DNA from: an uncultured virus (IMG/VR IMGVR_UViG_3300048581_000043)
Taxonomy: Duplodnaviria > Heunggongvirae > Uroviricota > Caudoviricetes
IMG/VR virus record: IMGVR_UViG_3300048581_000043
Reading direction: 5' to 3' (one strand)
Length of the DNA stretch: 64,000 nucleotides
Shown: positions 42,195 through 52,463 of the stretch, in pieces
How the letters are laid out: the number at the start of each line of letters is the position of its first letter
How positions within the stretch are numbered: position 1 is the stretch's first letter
Notes under the pieces: model-generated
What the model saw: only the letters and a program-made list of their open reading frames with translations
What the model was told of the DNA's origin: nothing
The model's database searches: none
Position numbers and translations under genes: made by a program

Positions 42195-42202
42195 TGATTC
42201 TC

Positions 42203-43843
42203 CTAAAGATTATATGCTTCAAATATTTCGAACTTGTCTTTCATGATTCCATTAACAAGTCCAATAACTTGATCATTAAATGGATAAAGCATATGATCCA
42301 AATTACATAAAGCTTTATTCATTGATCTAGAAACAAGACTCGGTCGTGTTCCAAGAACACCAGTAAGCAAAGAATAAGCAGAAAAAGCTTTCTTTGTCGA
42401 GTCGGTACTAGAAGCAAGCATCAAATCACTAACTTTATGCATGGTAATATAATTAGGATCCACATGCATAATAGTAACTTTAAGATTTTTTGCTACCCAA
42501 TTCTTAATTAAATCTAGATTGATTGTTCCTTCATTATCAAAAGCATTGGTACCAAAAATTTCTTCTGAATGCCGTGCTTCCATAAATCTTTGAAAAAAAC
42601 TTCCTGCATTAAAGAAGTTTTGAGGACGTCCACCAAAGAAGTTTGCAATTTGCGTCGTATCATCAAGCTTCAACATATTTAATCGTGAAAGCTCTTGAGG
42701 CAAACTACCATCAGTAATCCAATAAGTAGAAAAGCTTTCTAATTCTTCAATATCTTCAAAGTTATTAACAATGCCGTAGACATTTAAAAGACTTTGAATC
42801 TTTGAAGGAATTTGTTCAAATATTTTCATAAACTCTTGTCCATTTTGAAAAAAGTTATTTCCCATATCGGAAAGAGTAGCTTCAAATCCATTAGAATTAG
42901 CAAGACTCTTATAAGCAGAAGAACTTTTTCGCAATCCTTCCACTATATTAGAACTATTTAAACCTCTATTTGTAAGATTTTGACTTCCACGAATGCCTAA
43001 AAAGGCATCATTGGCTACATGCCCCGGATAGTCATAAAAACTACCAGTTGCTCCTAACAAAGATTGAGCCATAGGCAACCAAACCAAAGTATTAAAGAAA
43101 TCTTGAAGAACTCTTGGAAAAGCATCACGAGAAGAGCAAAGTCTATAGTCTAAACTCAAAATAAAACGCAATAAAGAAACATTCAAAGAAGAAAATTCCT
43201 TATAGCGATTCGTAACTTCAATAATATCATTTTTAATACGAGCATAAGGTTCCGTATGAGAAGAGACATTATTTAACTGACTATTAATACTTAATGAAGA
43301 GAACAATTTCTGATTCATACCAGAAAAGTAAGGATTACTTGAATTAGAAACGGCATACTTAGAATTAAAAAGATTTTTAAATTTCCCATTATAAATATTA
43401 CTGCTACTAACATGAACATTTGGACCATTCATATCTCCGACACCAAATGTTTGTACCGTCTTAACAAATCTTGCCTTCAAAAGAATAGCAATATAATAAG
43501 AATAAAGTTCCACTAGTTTATCGGGCATATCTGCGGTTGCATAACTAAAAGTAACAGGGATAAAAGTATTAAGATACTTGACGGAAGGTGTGATATTGGT
43601 ATATGAAACTTTTACATTTCCCAAATTCTTTTGAATAAGTTGGGCAACACATTGACGATTCAACCAGTGAATTTTATCCGCACAATATTGAATGGGATTA
43701 GGACCTTTATAATTTAGAATTTTAACCTTACTAAGAGCAAGCTGACCAATATCGGTAGCTTTATAAGCATTATAATAAGAACCCAAAACAAGTTTAGCCA
43801 TTGTTTCAAGTACAGTTTCCGCACTCTGTTGAACCGTGGACAT
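42203..43843 (-). CDS. Large hypothetical protein in the Ubl cluster (likely start MSTVQQ at 43843)
   Basis: AAAGGAG RBS precedes the ATG at 43843; the longer ORF-track start overlaps a terminator and the Ubl gene. Confidence 0.65.
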   Translation of the reverse strand: MSTVQQSAETVLETMAKLVLGSYYNAYKATDIGQLALSKVKILNYKGPNPIQYCADKIHWLNRQCVAQLIQKNLGNVKVSYTNITPSVKYLNTFIPVTFSYATADMPDKLVELYSYYIAILLKARFVKTVQTFGVGDMNGPNVHVSSSNIYNGKFKNLFNSKYAVSNSSNPYFSGMNQKLFSSLSINSQLNNVSSHTEPYARIKNDIIEVTNRYKEFSSLNVSLLRFILSLDYRLCSSRDAFPRVLQDFFNTLVWLPMAQSLLGATGSFYDYPGHVANDAFLGIRGSQNLTNRGLNSSNIVEGLRKSSSAYKSLANSNGFEATLSDMGNNFFQNGQEFMKIFEQIPSKIQSLLNVYGIVNNFEDIEELESFSTYWITDGSLPQELSRLNMLKLDDTTQIANFFGGRPQNFFNAGSFFQRFMEARHSEEIFGTNAFDNEGTINLDLIKNWVAKNLKVTIMHVDPNYITMHKVSDLMLASSTDSTKKAFSAYSLLTGVLGTRPSLVSRSMNKALCNLDHMLYPFNDQVIGLVNGIMKDKFEIFEAYNL

Positions 43844-43861
43844 ATTGACTCCTTTGAATAA

Positions 43862-43900
43862 ATAAAAAGGGGAAGAGCCTTTCGACCCTCCCCCCTTTCC
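43862..43900 (-). terminator. Intrinsic terminator after the Ubl gene
   Basis: AAAGGGG...CCCCTTT hairpin with a T-tract on the minus strand. Confidence 0.55.
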
Positions 43901-43916
43901 CAAACTTGAGCAAAGC

Positions 43917-44096
43917 TTAGCCTTTAGAACCAGCTTGCTTATCAACGCGGTAGACACCAGGCGCTTCCTTTACCAGGGTACCACCAGCATAGTCCGGATA
44001 CACAGCGCCAACCGCTGTCATAATCTGGGCTTCCGTGGTAGTCGCTGCCAAAGGAAGGCTGTTAAGACCCACCTTTACCTTAATAGACGTAGCCAT
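43917..44096 (-). CDS. Ubiquitin-like protein (PRTRC protein C-like), 59 aa, missed by the ORF track
   Basis: Manual translation MATSIKVKVGLNSLPLAATTTEAQIMTAVGAVYPDYAGGTLVKEAPGVYRVDKQAGSKG*; YP motif, GxKG end, AAAGGAG RBS. Confidence 0.8.
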   Translation of the reverse strand: MATSIKVKVGLNSLPLAATTTEAQIMTAVGAVYPDYAGGTLVKEAPGVYRVDKQAGSKG

Positions 44097-44166
44097 TTAA
44101 ATTCTCCTTTTCTTTTTTATAGGTTTCGAAACCTGTCAACCTCATTCCTCCAGGGAACGGGTATGA

Positions 44167-44796
44167 CTAAATCATCCCTAAAGTTTGCTGTTGAGCTTGC
44201 TTTAGTATAGCCAATTTGATTTTAATGTCAATCATGGCTCGCCAAATAGATTTTTTATAAACCATTCTTTTAGAAGGTTCATATATTGCATGTAGAAGTG
44301 CTGCTGGATGGTATATGGTAATACAAGGTATACCTTCTATAGTGGACCATCTTTCCACTATACTTTTCATTGAACTTGTACCTTTAAAATTCAAAAAGGC
44401 CATTGCAGCAACTCTGCCCGCCAAAACTATTACTTTGGGCCTTATAATATGAATCTCTTCTAATGCCATATTTTTACAAATACTGGCTTCTGTATCGTTA
44501 GGAGTTCTATTATCTTTAGGACGACAATGAACTACATTTGTCCAAAAGATTTGGTCTCTTTCAAATCCTGCAAGCTTAAAAATTTGATCCATTTTCTTAC
44601 CAGCAGGACCTACAAAAGGTAAGCCTTGTTGATCTTCGTCTCGTCCAGGCCCTTCACCTATAATCATTAATTCTGCATCAGGACTTCCATCAGAAAAAAC
44701 TAATTGTTTACGACCTTCTTTACAAATACTGCATTTCGTACAGTTGAACCATTTACTGTACAAAATATCTAGTTCGCTTTGTTTACTCATAAACAA
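44167..44796 (-). CDS. Uracil-DNA glycosylase, family 4
   Basis: CxxCxxC, GEGPG..ED..G.PFVGPAG, N.V.CRP..NRTP, YHPAALL. Confidence 0.93.
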   Translation of the reverse strand: MFMSKQSELDILYSKWFNCTKCSICKEGRKQLVFSDGSPDAELMIIGEGPGRDEDQQGLPFVGPAGKKMDQIFKLAGFERDQIFWTNVVHCRPKDNRTPNDTEASICKNMALEEIHIIRPKVIVLAGRVAAMAFLNFKGTSSMKSIVERWSTIEGIPCITIYHPAALLHAIYEPSKRMVYKKSIWRAMIDIKIKLAILKQAQQQTLGMI

Positions 44797-45107
44797 GAGC
44801 TTGGAGGATCTTCTGTATTAAGATAATTCATAGGTACTTGTGTTTCATCATCTGCAGTTTCTTCTTCGTCTTCGCTAGCTAAGAAAAAGAACTGATCTAT
44901 TGAATCAGAAACATCTTCTAATGCATTTTTTAATTCAGTAACAACTTCTTCCATAGCATCTTCAGAAACATCGCCTTCAAGAATTGGATGCAATTGATCT
45001 TGAGCCGCTAAAATCTTTTCACCAACATCCATAAAACTATCCCAAGCTTCTTTAGAAATAAAAGCAGGACATTCAGATTTTTTCAAACTTTCCAGGTCAG
45101 TGATCAC
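44787..45107 (-). CDS. Highly acidic hypothetical protein
   Basis: 106 aa, D/E-rich. Confidence 0.6.
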   Translation of the reverse strand: MITDLESLKKSECPAFISKEAWDSFMDVGEKILAAQDQLHPILEGDVSEDAMEEVVTELKNALEDVSDSIDQFFFLASEDEEETADDETQVPMNYLNTEDPPSSCL

Positions 45108-46173
45108 GTCTTGCCTCCAATAATGTAAGATATTTTACAACTAATTTAGCAATAGTATCAAAATTACATTCTATTTGAGCATGCATTCTTAAACGCACAC
45201 TAAGAGTTTCATCAAAAGGTTGAAGAAAAGCAGTTATTAACCTCTCTTGAAACACATCCCAATCAGGAAAAGCCCAAACCCCCCAATTATATTGAGGAAG
45301 AAACCATCTATTATCATACATTGGGCTCATTTCTTTTACTGGAATACTCCATTGCTTAGCAAAGTCGGGGATATAACAACCCATTCCGCTATAATCTGTC
45401 GCGATAGGTATACATCCTCTTGACATTCCTTCAATAATAGGGAGTTCAATACCTCCAGCTTTAGAAGGACAAAGAATATATTGAGTAAGATCATAAAGAC
45501 GCCGCATATCACGAACATCTTTTGGAGGATCTATAACTTGAATACCAATACTATTAAGATCATTTACATCTGTATAAAATTGAATCCTCTTAGTCGCATT
45601 AAATCCTTTAGTAAATTGATCGGTTAATAAAACATGTAGCTTAACTGTAGAATATACTTTATTGAAATTAATCCATTCGGATAATAATTTCTCTATACTT
45701 TTACGTTTTTCATCCTTACCAACAAATAAGAATTTAATAGGCTTATCCATTAGATAGCTATCTTGCAAATACTTAGAATCTACTCCTCCAGGTATAATAA
45801 AGGTCTTATCTTCAGAGATTCCATTTTCCAAAGCAATTTGTCTTGCCCAAGTACTTGGAAAAGCTATTTTATCAGGATGAGTATCTAAAAAAGCTTTCCA
45901 ATTTATTTCAAATTTTGTCCATTCAAAAATTGGATAAGCAATTATAAAAGCTTCAGGGTTATTTTCACGAATAGTACGATAACTAACGTCAGGATTCCAA
46001 AAGATAAAAATAATATCTTTAGAACCACGCAAACTTGTATAATTAAGTGAATCTCTTATATCAATAGAATAATATACGCATTCAACTAATGCATTTAAGG
46101 CATTAAAAAAACCCCAGGTATGATTAGATATGCCAGACCCACAGTAAGGAACTCCTATATAGTTGATCCGCAT
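45097..46173 (-). CDS. GT-B glycosyltransferase (GT4-like)
   Basis: FLFVGK...RK, PS..GG.ELP..E.M..G...IAT...G. Confidence 0.82.
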   Translation of the reverse strand: MRINYIGVPYCGSGISNHTWGFFNALNALVECVYYSIDIRDSLNYTSLRGSKDIIFIFWNPDVSYRTIRENNPEAFIIAYPIFEWTKFEINWKAFLDTHPDKIAFPSTWARQIALENGISEDKTFIIPGGVDSKYLQDSYLMDKPIKFLFVGKDEKRKSIEKLLSEWINFNKVYSTVKLHVLLTDQFTKGFNATKRIQFYTDVNDLNSIGIQVIDPPKDVRDMRRLYDLTQYILCPSKAGGIELPIIEGMSRGCIPIATDYSGMGCYIPDFAKQWSIPVKEMSPMYDNRWFLPQYNWGVWAFPDWDVFQERLITAFLQPFDETLSVRLRMHAQIECNFDTIAKLVVKYLTLLEARRDH

Positions 46174-46195
46174 TTCCTACCTCTCTAATATATAA

Positions 46196-47488
46196 TTATA
46201 AAAAACAAATTTGTTTAAAAGAATCAGAATGCATCGAAGGAGAATCCTGTATTCTATCAACATATAGTTCACTAGCAAACACTCCTGTCCATCCGGTATC
46301 TAACGCCTTTAAAAGAGCACTTCTTCCATCATCTATGCGTCTTATAACCTGAAAATTCTTGCATAAAAACTCTCTTTGTAATTTCCCTTGATTAATAAAT
46401 TGTACAATAGTTCCAGGAGGTGCATACTTTAATTCTTTTGACATATACCACCCTATAATACAGTAAGTTCTTTTAATACTTCAAAAAAAGTATCATGAAT
46501 AATATGTTTAATAGTAAAGATTCTTTGATTACTTATAGGAATTATTATTTGATTACCATCTCCGATTTCCCATTCGCACAACTCATGTAAATATTCTGTC
46601 CAATAATTTTTACAACTAACAATATGTAAAAGTGGAGTTAAATACATCCAATTGTTATCTACACTATGAAACCCTAGAGCAATGTGTTGCAAACTCCCTC
46701 TAGTATGTGAATCCTCAATATTGATTATGGTTCCAGATGGAGGAGGCAAACAATAAGTAGCCCAAACATACTTTTCAAATTGCTCTATTCTAACAGAGGT
46801 TCCTACCAGATTTTCATGCATAGTTATTATATTTAACACGTAAACTTCACTTTATAAAACTGTCAATGATTGCAATTGTTGCAATAAAACCTTGTCATTA
46901 TCATTTACAACTACATCAAAGTTATGGTTAATTGTAATAAGAAAAGCATCATTATTTGAATCATATTCTAGAGTAAGCCCTTCGTACATTTCAAAAAGAC
47001 ATTTATATAATATTCTATCAATAGGTCTTAACCATGCACCTATATAATCGGGATTACGAAGATCATATTTTATAACCCTAAAAACTTTATTTTGCAAAAT
47101 ATTCCAATAATTTTCACTTCTTAAACAAATCATATTTCCAATTTTAGGAAGTTTTTCTCTTTTACCAGTAACGTCAGGATAATTTTCTATAGTATGCATG
47201 TGACTCCATTACAAAATACAAATTGATTTTAAACTATCTGACATAAAGTGAGAATCTAATACCTCAACTAATCTCTGGCGATTAAAACCATACGTTTTTT
47301 GACCAGGGCAATTTATAGCCATCCATCTTTTTGCTTTTTCATTAATAGGTTTTAAATATATATATATATATATTATGTCTTTTTTTTGTTGTTTTCCATT
47401 GACTACCAACCGAGTATAAAGAAGTATTTACGCTTGCGATAAATTCAATCGAAGTTCCAATAGGAACCAAGTCTAATCTTTGTATCAT
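46196..47488 (-). other. Run of four small C-terminal-tag-family ORFs (46196-46444, 46453-46839, 46852-47199, 47209-47488; the last is frameshifted)
   Basis: Ends SFKQICFL, LKELTVL, LQSLTVL, SLKSICIL; N-terminal xxGxxhxh motif. Confidence 0.65.
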
Positions 47489-47509
47489 AAAACTCCATTC
47501 AAATTCAAA

Positions 47510-47541
47510 TAAAAAAGCCTAGGGCTTTTACACCCTAGGCT
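47510..47541 (-). terminator. Intrinsic terminator
   Basis: AGCCTAGGG...CCCTAGGCT hairpin followed by a T-tract on the minus strand. Confidence 0.65.
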
Positions 47542-47559
47542 CTTGCAAACTTTTAAGTC

Positions 47560-48186
47560 TTAAGACAAGAACAAATCCAGAACTTCCAAAGGAATTTCCG
47601 GCGTCTCGTCTGAAGGCGTGACATTCAACCAGAAAGGCTTGAAATCACGGACATCTGTAACCGCATTCTCTTGCTTGACTACATTTGCCTGAATACGCTG
47701 GACGATAGCACGATAAGCATTTGCTTTCTTCCAGTTCTCCACACCTTCTGCTCCCTTTTGATCCCGAAGGACCAGTTCTTGCGCCTGAAGAGTTTTTGAG
47801 TCCTCTTCGATATCTGCGGCAGCTTTACGAGCATTCTTCAGACCTGTCACATATTGCACCGGAAGAACATCTTGGTTGAGTTCGACATCCACCGAAATCA
47901 CCATTCCGTCACCTTCAGGAGCACCATCTAGTCCAAAATCCGACAAGATGCGTTGCAGACTAGGTTGAGCATCTGAACCCAACTTAGGTTCCGAAGCCGT
48001 CACATAACCGGCAACCGTAATCACATCTCCGTTCTGCACTAGACGCAAGTCTGTCTGAGCAAACTTATATCCGGCCTTGTGGATCGCAATCAACAAGTCC
48101 CTAAACCAATTACCCGTCACTTGCTTAGTAGCGGGCTTCGCCTTCTTCGTAACCATTCTTCTACCTCCAGAGTTATTTTGTTTCAA
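47560..48186 (-). CDS. Hypothetical protein with higher GC, flanked by its own promoter and terminator (likely start MVTKK)
   Basis: GGAGG RBS; TTGACG-17 nt-TACCAT upstream (~48202-48230) overlapping a TTGACGAA/TTCGTCAA inverted repeat. Confidence 0.65.
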   Translation of the reverse strand: MKQNNSGGRRMVTKKAKPATKQVTGNWFRDLLIAIHKAGYKFAQTDLRLVQNGDVITVAGYVTASEPKLGSDAQPSLQRILSDFGLDGAPEGDGMVISVDVELNQDVLPVQYVTGLKNARKAAADIEEDSKTLQAQELVLRDQKGAEGVENWKKANAYRAIVQRIQANVVKQENAVTDVRDFKPFWLNVTPSDETPEIPLEVLDLFLS

Positions 48187-48477
48187 ACAATTGTTTGACG
48201 AATGGTACTACAACTTAACTCTTTCGTCAAGAGTTAAATTCCTTTGCCGATTTCTCGGTATTGGTAAATCAATCCTTAGGTTTAAAAATAAGATCAGCTG
48301 CTGCTAACATTTCATCTCTCCACAATTCTTCATCTTTTGGCATTAGTTTATCCTTAAAATATATTGTAAACAACTGCAATTCCTTCCTTCTAACCGTGTA
48401 CACTAAGCTAATTATTAGGTTAAAACTGCAGTTGCTTACAGCCTCGTCCAGAAGAGACTTCTGGTAAAGGGAATTCA

Positions 48478-49486
48478 TTACAAATAAGAAATAGTTTTTA
48501 AACTATCATTTATTGTTGGTATAAGTTCAAAATCACAATGATGTTGTAAAAAAAACTTCAAACAATTATCAAATCCTTCTTCCTGAGCCATAGTATACAG
48601 GACGCGTATAACGAAAGATCTAGGAAAACAAGAATTTAAACTTGGTCTAACTATAATTCCACCATACTTTGTCCTTTTACAAAGAACTTCAAATCTATAA
48701 TCTCTTAGTCCATCTATATAGCCACTTTTAGGAATAATAATAGAACCAATTGTAACTAAATTTTCTTTTTGATAAATATCATAATTGTCATCAATATACA
48801 TAAATCCTCTTAATTAATAAGTTATACATAAGAAATTGCTTTTAAATCTTCTGACGTTGCAGACTCATGTCTTAAAATCACAATCTCTCCACCTGTTCCA
48901 ATACAAAGTTGCCTGTTTACAAAAGAACTTACTAATCTTCGAAGTGCTCTACTATAATTAAAATCAAAATCAAAATCTAATGGTTGGATAACCAAGGTGA
49001 AGTTTATTGAATTGAAATTAATAACTTTAAATTTCTTATTGGTCAAGCCAGAAATATAACCGAAACCTAGTTTAATAATATCGCCTGCTTTTGGTGACGG
49101 ACGTAATTTAGCCAATGACATGAACTCCTAAATTCAATAGCTTATAAATAAGAAATAATCTTTAAACTCTCAGGTACTTCTTGAATACCATCTAAGAGTT
49201 CTATATCAGCAGCAATCCCAATAAAAAGATGACGACAGATTGATGATAGAACTAATCTCCGGATTTCAAAATCTGTAAGTAGATCAAAATTAGGATCCAA
49301 GGGTTGAATAATTATATTTCCCCCTACTGTTGCTTTAAGATTTATAACTTTAAACTTATGACCGGCCAATCCTGGAAGATAAGCACGACCTAATTTAATG
49401 ATAGCGCCTACATATAGCTGCTCTAGCTTTGCCTGCACCGTATATTTGCTATCCAATAACATAAAACCTCTATTTCTTCTTATCAA
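48478..49486 (-). other. Three tandem paralogous C-terminal-tag-family ORFs (48478-48801, 48822-49121, 49142-49486)
   Basis: G.II.LG..Y..GL....F.VI; ends SLKTISYL, DLKAISYV, SLKIISYL. Confidence 0.7.
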
Positions 49487-49507
49487 ATCTAATGTTTTAT
49501 TAGATAA

Positions 49508-49861
49508 TTATCTAACCCAATGAGAGGATTGCTTATAATTAGGATACTTTTTCATTTCGTTTTTCTTCTTACTATTCTCCTTTACTACCATTAAAGTAGC
49601 ATAACCATGAACATCATGCCAAGGACTTTCTCCAAAAGCATCTTTTTTAGTAGCAATTCTAAAGAACTTATCAATAATACGTGTAATAGCTAATAGACCT
49701 TCAAATTGATCAGGTCTTACACCATTAGGATAAAGTTCTCTAATAATATTGCCAGCTTTACCAAAAGCATCTCCGTATGCAACTTGTTTTTCTTCAACAA
49801 GCTTAGCGGTAGCAACAGCGGCTTCCATATAAGGAGAATTGCTCGAAACTCTTTTTTTCAT
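49508..49861 (-). CDS. Small helical protein resembling phage nucleotide-modification-associated (K...YGD.F...DK..R...D..GY) domains
   Basis: KQVAYGDAF, RIIDKFFRI, DVHGYA. Confidence 0.5.
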   Translation of the reverse strand: MKKRVSSNSPYMEAAVATAKLVEEKQVAYGDAFGKAGNIIRELYPNGVRPDQFEGLLAITRIIDKFFRIATKKDAFGESPWHDVHGYATLMVVKENSKKKNEMKKYPNYKQSSHWVR

Positions 49862-50628
49862 AGATATTAAATCCCCCTTGGGCGCTGACTTTTAACAGTA
49901 CGAGCTATACGATGTTTTCGCTTAGCTTCTACACGTTTCTGCAACTTAGCAATACCTCGTGCTTTACGAGCCACAGCATGCTTTACTGAATTCTTCATAT
50001 TCCTCATTCCGCGTCTTCCAGTCATGATCATTTTAATTTCCTTTCTTTCTAATCTTCCAGATACGTTTCCATTGTTTACGCTGAGATTCTTTATAATCTT
50101 TGCGAATTTTTTTATATTCAGAAGAATTCCATTTTTCATTAAAATCATTAAGCATGATTTCATAAACATTAAAATCAAATCTCTTATTCAAACGAGCATG
50201 TAATGGAATAAACCCGGTTACAGCAGTCAAAGACTCGCTACCAGTTTCAAGATAATCGACCTTATAATAATAATCTTCAGCACTTTCTTCTAATCCTCTT
50301 AATAAGCCAATCTTAGAAGGATGGATATAACTTATAATAAGAGTATTTTTATAGACCTCAGCTTCAAGATTAATAAGAAAATGATTACTACTAAAGTACC
50401 ATCTACTTTGTAGAACTATTGAAACAAGTTCATTTAAGACTCTGGTAGGCGAATATTGACCTTGAAAAAACCAATTTAAAAATGGAACCATTTTATACTT
50501 AATGGAACATGGCCAACTCGCAATTTTATTTACAACCCAATGTTCAAATCGGGCTTTTTTACTTGCTTCAAATTCTTTGTGTAGTTTTTTAATAAGTCGA
50601 TGATATTGATTAATTTTCATAAACTCCT

Positions 50629-50961
50629 TTACAAACAAGTTAATTCTGCAGGAATATTAAGAAGACTTTCCATAGAAGGAGAACCATTAATTATTTGTAC
50701 TATTAGTCTTAGCATAATCGCATTTCCACTACTTCCTTGTTGAAGAATAGCTCCAGTCATATCAAATTTTGATTTTAATTCATTAGAAAGCATATAACGT
50801 TCAGGATTAACATAAAAAACTAACATACGAACAGGCAATAAAGAAATTAACTTTTTATAATTGTTCTCTCCCAAATTTCCGCATGATAAAAAAAATTCCT
50901 TAGAGTGGGGAACACCTATTCTAAATTTAACAGCGATCCACTTGCTTCCATACTCTGGCAT
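50629..50961 (-). CDS. Hypothetical protein, C-terminal-tag family (NIPAELTCL)
   Basis: Shared C-terminus with an identical 3' DNA block. Confidence 0.65.
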   Translation of the reverse strand: MPEYGSKWIAVKFRIGVPHSKEFFLSCGNLGENNYKKLISLLPVRMLVFYVNPERYMLSNELKSKFDMTGAILQQGSSGNAIMLRLIVQIINGSPSMESLLNIPAELTCL

Positions 50962-50989
50962 TTTAATATCCTTATGTTATAATTAATAT

Positions 50990-51136
50990 ATGAAAAATGG
51001 TTATGGTAAGAACTTCAAAAAACATTCTCCAGAGTCTAAAAAAAAGATTTCCAAATCTCGTTTAGCACGAGAAGCTAATAGAGCCAGAAAAGTATTATGG
51101 TTATTAAAGCATTTGCCTAAACTTCAAAACTCTTAA
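50990..51136 (+). CDS. 48-aa basic peptide with a NUMOD3-like motif, on the plus strand
   Basis: MKNGYGKNFKKHSPESKKKISKSR...; TGnTATAAT ending 6 nt before the ATG. Confidence 0.45.
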   Translation: MKNGYGKNFKKHSPESKKKISKSRLAREANRARKVLWLLKHLPKLQNS

Positions 51137-51980
51137 GAAATCTTTCTCTTTGATGACCTCGCAAAATTATTTGAATTTCACCTGTTTCGCAATCCGCTAA
51201 AACCAAATGAGCACCATGCTCATGTTTATCATAATCGCGATAATAAAATTTCCCCCGTATCCGACCTTTCTTCCCTCTAACAGTTATATCTATACAATAC
51301 TTGCCACATTCATGAAAAAAGACAGACTTAACCCATCTCCAAGTTTGTTTAATAGGCTTAAATATTCTTGTCACTTCATTTCCTCCGAAAATGTACCTTT
51401 AAAGGCTTTTTGATACTACGATTATTTTTATCAAGGAAAACAATATGAATTTCGCCTTCTGATAAAAGGTGCATAATGATTTCCGGCCCATACATCTTAT
51501 TAAGATCTTCTAAATAATGCATGTCGGCTTTATTCTTAATATTCTCGCTAGAAATAGTATATTCTAATTCATCACCTCGACTAATAGTAATATTCCATTT
51601 CTTCTTAAAAATACGAATCAAAGCAATATTCCATAAAGCTCGAAGTTGACTAAGCATGATTTTTCTCCTTAAGAATATCCTCGTTAAATGGTCCCCACTG
51701 TCGTAAAATTCTAATCAAAAATTTATGAAGTTTTAAAGCATCATGTGCATTTAAACTTACAGAAAGAGCAGGTTCTTTATTTGTCTTGTTTCTCTTATAA
51801 TTCTTATTACAAATAACAATGCCAATATTTGGAAATGCTTGTAAATATGATTTATAAATATGAATTTTATTTTTCTTTTCCCATGTATCTAAACAAAATA
51901 TTCCAGTTCCCTCTTTCATTTTCTCTCCTTAGGAGTAAGGTTTGTAATTTACTTTAACTATAATTGTCTTTGATATATTA

Positions 51981-52199
51981 TTATCTCCAAAATCTCCACC
52001 AAGGTTTTTGTTTGAACCAAACGCAATCATTATCTTTATTAATATTAGCTGGATCTCCATATGTGATTTGTGTATAACCGAACCGAGTTCTATACCAGCT
52101 ATTTCGTGCAGGAATTTCTTTTCTGTCTATTAACTCGGGTTCTGAACAATCATATTCTGAATTTAAAAATCTACAATTCTTACAAAATACTTTTTCCAT
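51981..52199 (-). CDS. Small Cys-rich protein ending KPWWRFWR
   Basis: Paralogue of 28064-28282. Confidence 0.55.
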   Translation of the reverse strand: MEKVFCKNCRFLNSEYDCSEPELIDRKEIPARNSWYRTRFGYTQITYGDPANINKDNDCVWFKQKPWWRFWR

Positions 52200-52328
52200 A
52201 TTGTATCCTTTACTATTTCATGTGATCGCAGAGCTACCTATGGAAGGAGTGACCTATCGTCTACCACTGGTTTATAAGACCAGAAGCTACGCGGAGCCTC
52301 TCTGCCATCTCATCAAACAATAAAAATA

Positions 52329-52404
52329 TGGCTGGCCGTCTAGGGCTCGAACCTTAAACATCCATTTTAACAGAATGGCGCTCTACCAATTGAGTTAACG
52401 GCCA
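52329..52404 (-). tRNA. tRNA-Asn(GUU), CCA encoded
   Basis: Acceptor TGGCCGT/ACGGCCA, anticodon arm CCATT-CTGTTAA-AATGG, TTCGAGC T loop; minor stem mismatches. Confidence 0.85.
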
Positions 52405-52463
52405 ATACGTTTTCTTTAAATAACGGTTAGGAGAGGAGATTTCTCTCCTTCTCCCTTCCGGTT

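Noticed and set aside
43844..43957. N-terminal extension of the 584-aa ORF
   Set aside because: It overlaps the Ubl gene end and a terminator; a good RBS supports the start at 43843.
47356..47373. (AT)n microsatellite as a phase-variation switch
   Set aside because: It lies next to a T8 run in an assembly with other indels, so an error is the simpler explanation without read data.
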